In this document: positions 1 to 10,696 of the stretch, one piece after another
How the letters are laid out: each line of letters opens with the position of its first letter
How positions within the stretch are numbered: the stretch's first letter is position 1
Assembly (NCBI GenBank): GCA_963701105.1
Contig: OY969565.1
Coordinates: 583,429-647,428 of the forward strand
Origin: an uncultured Actinomycetota bacterium
Lineage (GTDB): Bacteria > Actinomycetota > Thermoleophilia > RBG-16-64-13
Length of the DNA stretch: 64,000 nt
Direction: 5' to 3'
Made by a program: the position numbers and the translations under genes
The notes under the pieces: generated by a model
Seen by the model: only the letters and a program-made list of their open reading frames with translations
What the model was told of the DNA's origin: nothing
The model's database searches: none

Positions 1-355
1 GCAGCCCGGGTCGGTGGTCGTGGACATCAGTATCGACCAGGGCGGCTGCTTCGCCACGTCGCACATGACCACCCACAGCGACCCGACTTTCGTGGTCGAC
101 GGTGTCGTGCACTACTGCGTGGGCAACATGGCCGGAGTGGTGCCCATCACCTCGACGCTAGCGTTGACCAACGCCACCTTGCCCTACATCATGAAGTTGG
201 CGGAGAAGGGATTGGTGGCGGCCGCACGGAGCGATCCAGGTCTCGCGCGGGGGATCAACGTGATGGAAGGTAAGGTCACCAATCCAGAGGTGGCGAAGGC
301 CACGGGCAACGCCTATTTTCCCCTGGAGAGCCTCCTGCCGATCGAGTTCTCTTGA
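1..355 (+). CDS. ald: Alanine dehydrogenase, C-terminal part (5' end outside window)
   Basis: Translation [14 protein letters not shown]...[26 protein letters not shown] matches the Ald C-terminal signature. Confidence 0.93.
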   Translation, partial: QPGSVVVDISIDQGGCFATSHMTTHSDPTFVVDGVVHYCVGNMAGVVPITSTLALTNATLPYIMKLAEKGLVAAARSDPGLARGINVMEGKVTNPEVAKATGNAYFPLESLLPIEFS

Positions 356-1365
356 AGGTCGCCGCAGCGTTACCGGGGTCCGGCCCTTCGGCCGACGCAG
401 GCTTGCCGAGGTCAGTCCCTTCGGCCGGCGCAGGCGCGTCGAGGTCGGGTCCTTCGGCCGCCGCGGCTCTTCCCGCGTCGGTGGTGGACTACCTCACCGC
501 GCTCCGCCTTGAGAGCGGACTAGCTGAGCACACGATCGCCTCCTACAGGCGGGACCTCGCTCAGCTTGCGGGACATCTGTCGGCGGCCGGAGTCACCTTA
601 GAGGCAGTGCGCACCGACGATCTGCGCGGATTCCTGGCCGCCGGCGAGTGGCGTCCGTCCACCAGGGCCCGCAAGACGGCGGCCATCCGCTCCTTCTACG
701 CCTACCTGGTGCGGATCGGCGTACTGGGAGTCGATCCGACGGTAGGGTTGGCCTCGCCCCGGCTCGCTCCTGGATTGCCGAAACCTCTCTCGGTGGAACA
801 GGTGGAACGCTTACTCACCCGTCCACCCGGGACACCGAGCGGTCTCAGGGACCGAGCCTTGTTGGAGGTACTCTACGGCTCCGGACTACGGGCCTCCGAA
901 GCCGTCAGTCTGCGGCTTCAAGACTTCGATTTGGAAGTGGGCTTCGTGAGGACCATGGGCAAAGGTTCGAAAGAGAGAGTGGTGCCGTTGGGGCGAAAGG
1001 CCGTCGCCGCCATACAAGCCTATCTGGCCCGCGGGCGCCCGCTCTTGGGGTTGCCCGGCGGCATTAAGCCCCCACAGGTGTTCTTGAACGCACGGGGTAG
1101 GGGTCTGTCGCGTCAGGGGCTACACCTCGTCGTGAAGAAGTACGCTCGGGAGGCGGGTCTGGGGGCCGACGTCTCCGCCCACACTCTGCGCCATTCCTTC
1201 GCCACGCACCTTGTGGAAGGCGGCGCTGATCTGCGGGCCGTCCAAGAGATGCTCGGTCACGCAGACCTCGCCACCACGCAGATCTACACCCACCTGAGCA
1301 CGGCCCACCTCCGGAAGGTCTACGAAGACGCCCATCCGCGCGCGCGTTCGGCTCGGGTCGGTTGA
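352..1365 (+). CDS. xerD: Tyrosine recombinase XerD
   Basis: [57 protein letters not shown]; located upstream of deoB/PNP as in the Bacillus ripX-drm-punA order. Confidence 0.92.
   Translation: MKVAAALPGSGPSADAGLPRSVPSAGAGASRSGPSAAAALPASVVDYLTALRLESGLAEHTIASYRRDLAQLAGHLSAAGVTLEAVRTDDLRGFLAAGEWRPSTRARKTAAIRSFYAYLVRIGVLGVDPTVGLASPRLAPGLPKPLSVEQVERLLTRPPGTPSGLRDRALLEVLYGSGLRASEAVSLRLQDFDLEVGFVRTMGKGSKERVVPLGRKAVAAIQAYLARGRPLLGLPGGIKPPQVFLNARGRGLSRQGLHLVVKKYAREAGLGADVSAHTLRHSFATHLVEGGADLRAVQEMLGHADLATTQIYTHLSTAHLRKVYEDAHPRARSARVG
373..471 (+). repeat. Three imperfect 33-bp tandem repeats at the xerD 5' end
   Basis: Units at 373, 406 and 439 share ..GGTC..CCTTCGGCCG..GC; they encode [11 protein letters not shown] / [11 protein letters not shown] / [11 protein letters not shown]. 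Confidence 0.8.
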
Positions 1366-3414
1366 TGGGTCGTTTCGTCATCATGATCCTCGATGGGGTG
1401 GGGGCCGGCGCGCTCCCCGACGCCGCCGACTACGGAGATGTCGGTTCGAACACGTTGGGCAACGTGGCGGAACTCGTGCACCTCCGGGTCCCCAACCTCG
1501 CTTTGCTCGGCCTGGGCAACATCCTGCCCCTCAAGGGGGTTCTCGCTGCGCCGGAACCTACCGCGCTCCCGGGTCTTCTCCGCGAAAAGTCGGCGGGTAA
1601 AGACACCACCGCGGGGCATTGGGAGCACATGGGCGTGGTGACGGTCTCGCCCTTTCCCACGTACCCGGACGGCTTCCCTCCTGAGGTTCTGGACCGGTTC
1701 GAGCAGGCCATCGGTCGCAAGACCATAGGGAACGTCGCTGCGTCGGGCACCGAGATCATCGCTGAACTCGGCGAGGAGCATATGGCCACCGGCGCACCGA
1801 TCGTGTACACGTCGGCCGACAGCGTCTTCCAGATCGCAGCACACGTGGAGGTCATCCCACTGGACGAACTCTACAAGTACTGTCAGATCGCCCGCGATCA
1901 GCTGACGGGGCCGCACGCGGTGGGGCGGGTGATCGCCCGGCCCTTCACGGGGAAGCCGGGTGCATTCGTGCGTACCAAGGACCGCAAGGATTTCTCGCTG
2001 GAACCTCCTACTCCCACCTATCTCGACCTGCTCACCGAGGCCGGCGTGCCGGTGGTGGGCATCGGTAAGATCTGCCAGATCTTCGCCGGCCGAGGGGTCG
2101 GGGAGCAGATCAAGGCCGCCTCGAACGACGAGAACATGGATCTCCTGGCCGGGGTGCTCGATCGCGGTGACGACGGGCTGATCTTCACGAATCTGGTTGA
2201 CTTCGACATGACGTGGGGTCACCGCAATGACGTCGATGGCTTCGCCGAGGGCTTGGCGGCCGTCGATAGAGTTATCCCCGAGATCATCGGAAGGCTGCGT
2301 CCCGACGACCGACTGCTGATCACAGCCGACCACGGGGTCGATCCCACGACCGTGTCGACAGACCACAGTCGCGAGTACGTCCCCTTGCTGTACTACCCAC
2401 GGCCGAGCGACGCTCCGCAGCGGACGTACGCGGGTTTTATGAGCGACACGGGGGCCACGGCCTACCGCCACCTCACCGGCGGGGATGCGGTCTTGGGCGG
2501 CAGCCCCCTGCAGGAACTACGTCCGGCGCTGGGCTGGAGAGACTACCCATCGTCGGCCCCGGCGCGGCGCCCGTTGGCAGGAGGAGCGCGTGCGGATTCT
2601 CGTTCTCCTGGCATTTCCGCCGGCGCCGACGGGGCCGTTGCGGACGCGGCCGCCTGGCTCGCCGAGAACCTCGGCTCTGCACCTCAGGTGGCCGTGGTGC
2701 TCGGCTCGGGACTCGACGCGGTGGCCGAGGCACTGTCGGGGGCCGAGGACGCCACTTTCGCCGAGATCCCAGGTTGGGCCTCCGGTTCCGTGGCGGGTCA
2801 CAGCGGACGCCTCACCGTCGGCAGGCTGGAGGGACGGAGGGTCGCCCTACTACGGGGGCGGGTGCACGGCTATGAGGGATTCGATACCGAGGTGACCCAG
2901 CGCCCGGTGCGTACGCTCGCGGCGTGGGGGGTGCGACGAGGTGGTGATCACGAACGCCTCCGGCGGACTCGGAGCCGGTTTGAGCCGGGAGGACGTGGCG
3001 GTCGTCGGCACTGTGCTCGACTTCCAGATGACCCTGGACGACGGCGAACCCGAGGTGCTCCGAGGCTCCGACCCTGCCACACTCGCTCTTTTGGCCGACA
3101 CGCCCGGGGAGCCGCTGCCTGTCGTCACGTACGCCGCGCTCCCCGGCCCACAGTATGAGACGCAGGCCGAAGTGGCGGTGTTGAAGGGCCTGGGAGCCGA
3201 CGTGGTGGGGATGTCCACGGCTCAAGAGGTGCGTGCGGCTCGAGAGGCGGGTGTGGCCGTGACCGTGCTCACGGTGGTGACCAACGTCGCGGGTGAGGTG
3301 GGATCTGACGGCAAGGCGGTCCACCAAGAGGTCGTCGAGGCCTCGACGGCGGCGGCGGGGAAGGTACTGGCGACCCTCTCCGGTCTGTTGCGCCGGCGTC
3401 CCGCGGAGAGTTGA
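1365..3414 (+). CDS. deoB: Phosphopentomutase fused to purine-nucleoside phosphorylase (frameshift near 2930-2940)
   Basis: DeoB motifs ([52 protein letters not shown]...[10 protein letters not shown]) continue in frame into PNP motifs ([20 protein letters not shown]); ORF 2941-3414 supplies TNASGG, GPQYET, DVVGMST, VTN. Confidence 0.85.
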
Positions 3415-3415
3415 C

Positions 3416-4729
3416 GTGAGGGCGGTGGACCTCATAGCGGCCAAGAGGGCCGGCGCTCGTCATTCGAGTGACGAGATCAAGTGGCTCATAGATTCCTACG
3501 TTGGCGGCGCGGTCCCGGATTATCAGGTGGCGGCGTGGCTGATGGCGGTCTGCTTCACGGGCCTGAATACGGAGGAGACCTGCGCGCTCACCAGCGCCAT
3601 GGTGAGAAGCGGCGAGACGGTAGACATGTCGGACATCGGCGGTGTGGTCGCCGACAAACACTCCACCGGAGGCGTGGGAGACAAAGTGTCTCTGGTCCTG
3701 GGACCCTTGGTCGCTTCGTGCGGTGTGTCGTTCGCCAAGATGAGCGGACGGGGACTGGGTCACACGGGAGGGACCATCGACAAGCTGGAATCCATCCCCG
3801 GCTTCCGCACCGAACTCACCATCGACGAGTTCCGGCGACAGGTGAAGGAGACGGGCATCGCGATTGTCAGCCAGACTCCGGGGCTGGTTCCCGCGGACAG
3901 ACTCCTATACGCTCTGCGTGATGTGACGGCTACGGTCGAGCAGGATTCGCTCATCGCTTCCAGCGTCATGAGCAAGAAGATCGCCGCGGGAGCCAACGCC
4001 GTGATACTCGATGTCAAAGTGGGCGGCGGCGCTTTCTTGCGAGAGGTGGAGCAGGCACGTGGAGTGGCTCGTCTTATGATCGACCTCGGCCGGGACGCAG
4101 GACATGACGTGCGCGCAGTGCTCACAGCGATGGACGAGCCGCTCGGCCTTGCGGTGGGCAACGCCTTAGAGGTGCGGGAAGCCTTCGCTCTACTCTCGGG
4201 CAACGGACCCGCCGATCTCCGCGAGGTCGTCTTGACGCTTGCCGGGCACCTCCTGGCGATGGCCGGAAGAGAAGAGACGCCGAGTCTGGGCCGCGAGCGG
4301 GCGGCAGAGCACTTGGAGAACGGAAAAGCCCGCGACATGGCCAGACGCTGGGTGACCGCTCAGGGAGGTCATCCCGACGTCGTGGACGGGAAGGATCTGC
4401 CGCAGGCGGCCTTCGTCCTGCCACTCCGTTCCGAAAGAACGGGGTGGCTGCAGGAGGTGGCCGCACGGCCGATCGCGGAGGCCTGTTTGACCTTGGGCGC
4501 CGGGCGGGAATCGAAAGGGGCGAGCGTGGATGCCTCGGTGGGCGTTGTTCTCGCCGGCGGGAGTGGGACTGAGATAGCCGCCGGTGAGCTCCTGGCGTCG
4601 ATACACGCGCGCACTGAGGAACAGGCCCGTGCTGTCGAGCCTCTGGTCAGGTCGGCCTTCACCGTGGGGGCGAAACAACCGGCGGCGCGCAAGATAATAT
4701 TGGAAGAGATCTACGAGGGGGTTTCGTGA
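3416..4729 (+). CDS. pdp: Pyrimidine-nucleoside/thymidine phosphorylase
   Basis: DKHSTGGVGDK, KMSGRGLGHTGGTIDKLESIPG, LYALRDVTATV, SKKIAAG; GTG start at 3416 just after the PNP stop. Confidence 0.95.
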   Translation: MRAVDLIAAKRAGARHSSDEIKWLIDSYVGGAVPDYQVAAWLMAVCFTGLNTEETCALTSAMVRSGETVDMSDIGGVVADKHSTGGVGDKVSLVLGPLVASCGVSFAKMSGRGLGHTGGTIDKLESIPGFRTELTIDEFRRQVKETGIAIVSQTPGLVPADRLLYALRDVTATVEQDSLIASSVMSKKIAAGANAVILDVKVGGGAFLREVEQARGVARLMIDLGRDAGHDVRAVLTAMDEPLGLAVGNALEVREAFALLSGNGPADLREVVLTLAGHLLAMAGREETPSLGRERAAEHLENGKARDMARRWVTAQGGHPDVVDGKDLPQAAFVLPLRSERTGWLQEVAARPIAEACLTLGAGRESKGASVDASVGVVLAGGSGTEIAAGELLASIHARTEEQARAVEPLVRSAFTVGAKQPAARKIILEEIYEGVS

Positions 4730-5532
4730 GTCGGACTCCGGAACATCGCAGCGAAGACGGCTTCGATCGTGGGGCCGAGCGGCCGAGAAGGCCCCGGCGT
4801 CGAGTGCCTGTGGGCAGGATAGTGCTGAACCTGGCTGTCGTCGCCGCCTTCGCAGCGGCGGTGTTCGTCGTCTACAACCTGGTGCAGGACTCGGGGATCC
4901 TCGACGGGACCACGGTGAGTAATGCAGGGCGCACTTTCGAAGACGTCCCGGCCGACAACCCGTTGCGGGACTCCATCGAGGAGGCCGTACGCGTGGGCCT
5001 GGTTGAACCTGCGAGTCCGTCGCGTTTCGGGCCCACGGAGAGTGTGTCACGGGGAGAGTTCGCCGGCATCGTGGCGAGGACCATGGAGCTCGACGTGACT
5101 GCTGACGAGCCTCAGAGCTTCTCCGACGTCACGGGAGATGCCAAGGTGGTGGACGAGGCCGACTACATCGCCGTGATTGCCGCCGCCGGGATCATGGGAG
5201 GGACCGGCGGCGACCCGCCGGCCTTCAACCCCTCAGACCCCGTACTGATGCGCCACGTCATCGTGGTGTTCGCACGGGCGGGCGGCGACGCGCTGCCCGA
5301 AGCTACGGAGATCGACCCTGCCATCGAGGCGCTCGAGGTCAGCGACGAAGTCCGCACCGCCTACCAGAGGCTGGCGTCCGCCGGCATCCTGGACGGCGTG
5401 GTCATGGACTCTGCCGACACCTCCTTGTCGAACGAAGCAGACCGGGAGCAGATAGCGGCTATGGCGGTCAACTTCAGGCACTTCATGGCGGAGACGGAGT
5501 CGTCCGGGAGCGACGGGACCGTCCGAGGCTAA
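4726..5532 (+). CDS. Membrane-anchored S-layer homology (SLH) domain protein
   Basis: N-terminal TM helix; SLH-like repeats FEDVP...GLV...FGPTESVSRGEFA and FSDV...GIMGG...FNPSDPV. Confidence 0.7.
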   Translation: MSRTPEHRSEDGFDRGAERPRRPRRRVPVGRIVLNLAVVAAFAAAVFVVYNLVQDSGILDGTTVSNAGRTFEDVPADNPLRDSIEEAVRVGLVEPASPSRFGPTESVSRGEFAGIVARTMELDVTADEPQSFSDVTGDAKVVDEADYIAVIAAAGIMGGTGGDPPAFNPSDPVLMRHVIVVFARAGGDALPEATEIDPAIEALEVSDEVRTAYQRLASAGILDGVVMDSADTSLSNEADREQIAAMAVNFRHFMAETESSGSDGTVRG

Positions 5533-5642
5533 GTGCCGCGCCAACGGGCGATCCCGCGACCGAGCCGGTTCGCCGCCCGCGGCTCTGCTGGCCGCTCCGT
5601 GGTCGTGCCTTCCTTGCTCCGAGGCCGCCACATGGCCGGGAC

Positions 5643-5696
5643 GTCGTCGCTCCTTCGTCGCGCCATCGCGCTCAGGGTCGTCGCTCCTTCGTCGCG
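5643..5696. repeat. 20-bp perfect direct repeat GTCGTCGCTCCTTCGTCGCG, two copies, period 34
   Basis: Copies at 5643-5662 and 5677-5696 in the intergenic region. Confidence 0.85.
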
Positions 5697-5760
5697 TCGC
5701 CCAGGCGCGGCGTACGCCGGCCGTCATCGAGGCCCACCACGGCTATACTAGGCTGCGGTC

Positions 5761-8508
5761 ATGTCTCTATCGTCCGCCCACATCAAAGTCGCTGACGTCA
5801 TCACCACCCACCAGAACGCCGACTTCGACGCGTTCGCGGCGACGGTGGGCGCTTCGCTGCTGTTCCCCGAGGCGCGCATCGTGTTCGCCGGCTCGCTCAA
5901 CCGCAACGTGCGGGAGTTCGCGGCGCTTCATGGGGAGCACCTCCCCACGGTCGGGGTCCGTTCGCTCGATTTCGATTCCGTCCGCAGGCTCATCATGGTA
6001 GACACGGCCGATTGCGCGCGTCTCGCCGAACTCGCCCCACTCTGCGGACGACCGGGCGTGGAGGTGATCGTTTTCGACCACCACCAGGAGGAGGCGCCGG
6101 AACGGCCTTCGTTCGTGGAGGGCGAGAACTGGGTGGTCTCGCCGGACGGCGCACAGGCCACCTCTATGGTCCACATCCTGCGGGAGAGAGAGGTGCCCAT
6201 CTCGCCTCTCGAGGCCACCATCTTCGCGCTCGGCATCCACGAAGACACGGGCTCACTCACCTACCCTCGCACCACCGTGCGTGACGCCGAGATGCTGGCT
6301 CTGTGCATGCGGCTGGGGGCCTCGCAGACCCTGATCGAATACTACCTGCACAATCCACTGACGTTGGAGCAGAGAGAGATCCTGTTGCGGATGGTGGACG
6401 AAGTGAGGGTGGAACGGGTGCGGGGGATGGAGATCCACGTGGTTGCGATGTCCAACCCGGTGTACGTCGACGGGCTCAGCGTCATCGCCCACAAGGTCAT
6501 GGACCTTCTGAATTCGGACGTCCTCCTCCAGATAGTGGAGATGGAGGGGCGGGTGTTCGTGACCGCGAGGTCGCGCTCCACCGCCGTAGACGTGGCGCGC
6601 CTCCTGGTCTCGGTGGGGGGTGGCGGCCACGCTCAGGCCGCGTCCGCGGTGCTCCGCGATACTTCCCCCGAAGAGGTTCTGGGCCTGCTGCTGGACGAGC
6701 TGGCCGCCACAGCACCAACGCTCCCCACCGCGGGTGACATCATGAGCCGCCCCGTTCGCTTCATCGACGTGGAGACATCGGTGGAGGACGCTCTGCTCGC
6801 GGCCCAGCGATACGGCCACTCGGGCATCTCGGTGAAGGAAGGCGACAAGGTGGTGGGCATCGTCGCCCGCCGCGACTTGGACAAGGCGGTGCGGCACGGT
6901 CTCGGTCACGCGCCGGTGAAGGGGGTCATGACCCGCAACGTCGTGTTCGCCCCAACGTCGGCCACGGTGGAGGAGTTGCGCCGTCTCATGGCGTCCACGA
7001 ACGTGGGCCGCCTGCCCATCCTCACCGACGCGGCCTACGAGGATGCTCGTCGGTCGGGTGTGGTGGATGTTTCAACCGTGCTTGGCATAGCCACCCGCAC
7101 CGACGTGTTGGCGGCGCTTCAGGCGGGTGGAGTAGGGGAGTCCGAGAGCGACGAGGCTGTGGTGTGCACCATCCCTTCGCTGAGCGACCTGCCCGCCTTC
7201 GGCACTCTGTTCCGCGCCATCTCCGCGCTCTCGGAAGATTTCTCTGGTGTGTATCTGGTGGGAGGATTCGTCCGCGATCTTCTTCTCGGAAAGCCGAATG
7301 CCGACGTGGATATCGCGGTGGACGGAGACGGGGTGGAATTCGCGAGACGGTTGGCGGCGAGGATGGGAGGGAGGGTCAGAGTCCACCAGGAGTTCCAAAC
7401 GGCTGTGGTGCTCATCTCTACCGACGCTGTAGGTGAGGGGGAGGCACCGATACCCATCGGTCCCGAACCCTTCCACGTGGACGTGGCGACCACGCGCACG
7501 GAGTTCTACGACTACCCCGCCGCCTTACCCAGCGTGGAACACGCCTCCATCAGGCAGGACCTCTTTCGCCGAGACTTCTCGATCAACGCCATGGCCGTGG
7601 CGTTGAAGGGGGAGGAGTTCGGCGAAGTGCTCGATTTCTTCGGCGGCCTAAAGGACCTGCACGAGGGCGTGATCCGGGTGCTCCACAACCTGAGCTTCAT
7701 CGAAGATCCCACCCGCATCTTCCGAGCCGTACGCTACGAGAACCGCTACGGGTTCCGGATGGACGAACAGACTCGATCCCTGGCCAGGGCCTGCGTTGAC
7801 ATGCGGCTGGTCGGCGACCTTTCGAGTGCGCGTCTTCGCGACGAATTGGTGGCCCTGTTGGGCGAAGCCGACGTCGACTGGACGCTGGGGAGGTTGTACG
7901 AGTTGGGCGTCGCCCGTCAGGTCCACCCCAAACTCGCCACCGGAGAGCGCACGATGGACCTCATCCACGCGCTCGACGCGCTCGTAGAGGATTTCGCTCT
8001 CGCTGCCGAGGTGGTCACGTGGCGGCTGCGGCTCGCTGCGATCACGCGCAATATGTCCCACGAGGAACTCTTCATCTGGCTTGAGAAACTGCGGCTCAGG
8101 CACGCCGACCGCCAAGTGGTGCGCGACAGCGTGATACTCGGTCCGCGCCTCGTGGAGCAACTGGCGGAACAGGACATGGGGGATTGGGATATCTTCAGCC
8201 TTCTACACAAGGTGCCTCTGGAGTCGGTGGTCTTCGCCCTCGGGCGGGCTCCCGCCGGTGTGGGGCGCGACCGCCTCCGCCGTTTTCTGGGCGTCCTCAG
8301 GGGCCGCGCTCTGGAGGTCGTCGGCGCCGACATAATCGGGCTGGGTCTACCTGAGGGGCCGGCGGTAGGGCGTGTGTTGACGGAGTTGACCAGACGGAGG
8401 GTGGAAGGTTCGCTGGAAGGAAGGGACGAGGAGCTGGAAGCTGCAAGGGCCCTGGTGGAGGCTATGCTGATGGATGCGACACGTGGAAGAAACGGCAAGG
8501 GAGTCTGA
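5761..8508 (+). CDS. cca: tRNA nucleotidyltransferase (A- or CCA-adding) with DHH-DHHA1-2xCBS N-terminus
   Basis: HQNADFDA, FDHH, GGGGHAQAASA, CBS pair, LVGGFVRDLLL..DVDIAV, RTEFY, DLFRRDFSINAMA, EDPTRIFRAVRYE; TATACT at 5744-5749. Confidence 0.9.
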   Translation: MSLSSAHIKVADVITTHQNADFDAFAATVGASLLFPEARIVFAGSLNRNVREFAALHGEHLPTVGVRSLDFDSVRRLIMVDTADCARLAELAPLCGRPGVEVIVFDHHQEEAPERPSFVEGENWVVSPDGAQATSMVHILREREVPISPLEATIFALGIHEDTGSLTYPRTTVRDAEMLALCMRLGASQTLIEYYLHNPLTLEQREILLRMVDEVRVERVRGMEIHVVAMSNPVYVDGLSVIAHKVMDLLNSDVLLQIVEMEGRVFVTARSRSTAVDVARLLVSVGGGGHAQAASAVLRDTSPEEVLGLLLDELAATAPTLPTAGDIMSRPVRFIDVETSVEDALLAAQRYGHSGISVKEGDKVVGIVARRDLDKAVRHGLGHAPVKGVMTRNVVFAPTSATVEELRRLMASTNVGRLPILTDAAYEDARRSGVVDVSTVLGIATRTDVLAALQAGGVGESESDEAVVCTIPSLSDLPAFGTLFRAISALSEDFSGVYLVGGFVRDLLLGKPNADVDIAVDGDGVEFARRLAARMGGRVRVHQEFQTAVVLISTDAVGEGEAPIPIGPEPFHVDVATTRTEFYDYPAALPSVEHASIRQDLFRRDFSINAMAVALKGEEFGEVLDFFGGLKDLHEGVIRVLHNLSFIEDPTRIFRAVRYENRYGFRMDEQTRSLARACVDMRLVGDLSSARLRDELVALLGEADVDWTLGRLYELGVARQVHPKLATGERTMDLIHALDALVEDFALAAEVVTWRLRLAAITRNMSHEELFIWLEKLRLRHADRQVVRDSVILGPRLVEQLAEQDMGDWDIFSLLHKVPLESVVFALGRAPAGVGRDRLRRFLGVLRGRALEVVGADIIGLGLPEGPAVGRVLTELTRRRVEGSLEGRDEELEAARALVEAMLMDATRGRNGKGV

Positions 8509-9161
8509 TGTCGGAGTTGTTGGGTTTCGTGGTGCTGTTGCCGGTGCTGCTATTGTCGATGGTCGCCCACGAGGTGGCGCACGGCGCGGTCGCGCATCGG
8601 CTCGGGGATCCTACCGCGAAAGAACACGGGCGGCTCACCGCCAACCCCCTCAAACACCTCGACCCGCTGGGTACGCTCATGTTCGCCATCACCTATTTCG
8701 CCGGTGGCTTCATCTTCGGCTGGGCCAAGCCCGTGCCGGTGAACGCAGGATACTTCCGCAACCACCAGAAGGGGATGATGTTGGTAGGACTGGCCGGTCC
8801 CTTCACCAACTTCCTCATCGCCATCGTCCTTGCCGGCATCTTGAACCTGGTGGCGCCGGCCGCGTCGACGTTGGCCGCACTGAGGGGCGGGTCGTTACTC
8901 TTCCAGGCCTTGTTCATCGGTTTCCAGGTGAACGTCGTCCTCGGCATCTTCAACCTGGTCCCTATCCCGCCACTCGATGGATCGAGGGTGATCGCAGGAT
9001 TCATGCCCCCGGCGACGTACGTCCGCTGGGCCGGCCTCGACCGTTACGGCATGCTCTTCATCCTGCTCGTGTTCTTCGTGTTCCAGCGCCCCTTCTTCAG
9101 CCTGCTCGGCGGCGGGTTTCGTTTGGTGAGCAAGGTCCTGCTTCCCGCCTACGGCTTCTGA
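8508..9161 (+). CDS. Site-2 protease (M50 family)
   Basis: HEVAH motif, AGP..N, FNLVPIPPLDGSRV, multiple TM helices. Confidence 0.92.
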   Translation: MSELLGFVVLLPVLLLSMVAHEVAHGAVAHRLGDPTAKEHGRLTANPLKHLDPLGTLMFAITYFAGGFIFGWAKPVPVNAGYFRNHQKGMMLVGLAGPFTNFLIAIVLAGILNLVAPAASTLAALRGGSLLFQALFIGFQVNVVLGIFNLVPIPPLDGSRVIAGFMPPATYVRWAGLDRYGMLFILLVFFVFQRPFFSLLGGGFRLVSKVLLPAYGF

Positions 9162-9329
9162 GCAGCACGGCCGAAGACCGGCGGCACCCCGCGGCGGGAG
9201 ACAGGTACTCCGACCGAGACTTTCCTTCCGGGCGCTGGTCACGTACTATATGAGCTTGACTATGGTATCCACGCCACGCCAGCACCTCTTCGGCCGGCGC
9301 TCCCCCCGCGTCCTTAGACCCCACCGCTC

Positions 9330-10079
9330 ATGAGGGTCCTCGACCTAGACCTCGACGTCTATCAAGGCCCCTTCGATCTCCTCTTTACCCTCGTGCTCCG
9401 CGAAGAAGTGGACATCTTCGAGGTGCCCATCGTGGAGGTGATCCTCGCCTACATCGAGGCGTTGGTGGAGACCGAGGCGGTCGACTGGGAGGGAATCACT
9501 GAGTTCCTCGTGTTGATCAGTTCCCTCCTTGAGTTGAAGTCGCGGGTCCTTCTCCCTGGTGAAGAGCTAGGCAGCGAGGACGTGAGCGCCGAGGTGACCA
9601 AAGACATCCTTCTGCAACGCCTGCTCGCCTACCGCCGCTTCAAGATGGCGGCAGCATCGCTGACGGCCGGCCGGGACCGGCAGAGGGGCCGCCTCTTGCG
9701 TGCTCCATCTCGGGAGGCGCGCCGTCTGTTGCTGAGCGATGAAGAGGTGCGCGCCAGTCAGGCCCCCGCCGGTCTGTGTGAAGCTGTACGCAGGCTCATC
9801 GAGACCCGCCGGGTGCCGGATACGTCGCACGTGGCCGTCCTGCGCGTCGGCCTGAATCGGCAGATCGCAGCGATCCGACATCTGCTGCGCGAGCGAGGCC
9901 AATTCTCGTTCGAAGAAGAGTTCGGAGCGGAGGAGCCCATGGTACAGGCCGTCAGCCTGCTCGCGCTTCTCGGGCTCCTGGCCCGGGGAGACGTCAAGGT
10001 GGCTCAAGCTGCGCATTTCGGTGACATCACGGTGCAACAGGCCGTCGCGCCACGCGTCGCGTTGGCGGGTACGGGATGA
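9330..10079 (+). CDS. scpA: Segregation and condensation protein A
   Basis: YQGPFDLLFTL, ELKSRVLLP, Q...FGDI; paired with scpB. Confidence 0.9.
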   Translation: MRVLDLDLDVYQGPFDLLFTLVLREEVDIFEVPIVEVILAYIEALVETEAVDWEGITEFLVLISSLLELKSRVLLPGEELGSEDVSAEVTKDILLQRLLAYRRFKMAAASLTAGRDRQRGRLLRAPSREARRLLLSDEEVRASQAPAGLCEAVRRLIETRRVPDTSHVAVLRVGLNRQIAAIRHLLRERGQFSFEEEFGAEEPMVQAVSLLALLGLLARGDVKVAQAAHFGDITVQQAVAPRVALAGTG

Positions 10080-10696
10080 CGGACCCCGTACGCATCAGCG
10101 CCGCCGACCTTGCGGGCAGATTAGCCCGGGACCTGGAAGCACTTCTCTTCGCGGCCGGGCGTCCTCTCGACCTCGAGACGCTCACTGCCGCGGTCTCCCA
10201 CGCCACCCCTGTGGATCGGGTCACGGTGGCGGAGGCGCTTGCAGTTCTGGAAGCGCGCTACCCTGTGGACGGGAACGTGGGGTTCGAACTCGCGCGGGTC
10301 GCCGGAGGCTGGCTGTTCCGCACGAACGCCGCCTGCGAGCCGGCCCTCGCCCGTCTCTTCGACGTGGGGGAGGAGTTGCGGCTGTCGCCCGCCGCCATGG
10401 AAACACTGGCGATCGTCGCCTACTTGCAGCCGGTGTCCCGTCCGGAGATGGCTGAGATCCGAGGCGTCAACTCGGATTCGGCACTGCACACCCTCCTCGA
10501 CAGAGACCTCGTGCGTGAGGTGGGCCGCCGGGACGGGCCGGGCGCCGCCGTACTGTACGGCACCACCACCCGTTTTCTGGTGGCCTTCGACCTGGATAGC
10601 CCGGCATCTCTGCCTCCCATCGAGGAGTTCGAAGTGGGGGAGCAGCAGAAGGAAGAACTCAAGCGGAGGCTGGGCCTGGTGGTGTCCCAGGGATGA
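10076..10696 (+). CDS. scpB: Segregation and condensation protein B
   Basis: LEALLFAA, LSPAAMETLAIVAYLQPVSR..IRGVNS, LYGTT..FL. Confidence 0.95.
   Translation: MTDPVRISAADLAGRLARDLEALLFAAGRPLDLETLTAAVSHATPVDRVTVAEALAVLEARYPVDGNVGFELARVAGGWLFRTNAACEPALARLFDVGEELRLSPAAMETLAIVAYLQPVSRPEMAEIRGVNSDSALHTLLDRDLVREVGRRDGPGAAVLYGTTTRFLVAFDLDSPASLPPIEEFEVGEQQKEELKRRLGLVVSQG

Noticed and set aside
352-1365. Tyrosine recombinase as the integrase of a mobile element
   Set aside because: XerD-type motifs, housekeeping context (ald, deoB), and no att sites or cargo genes
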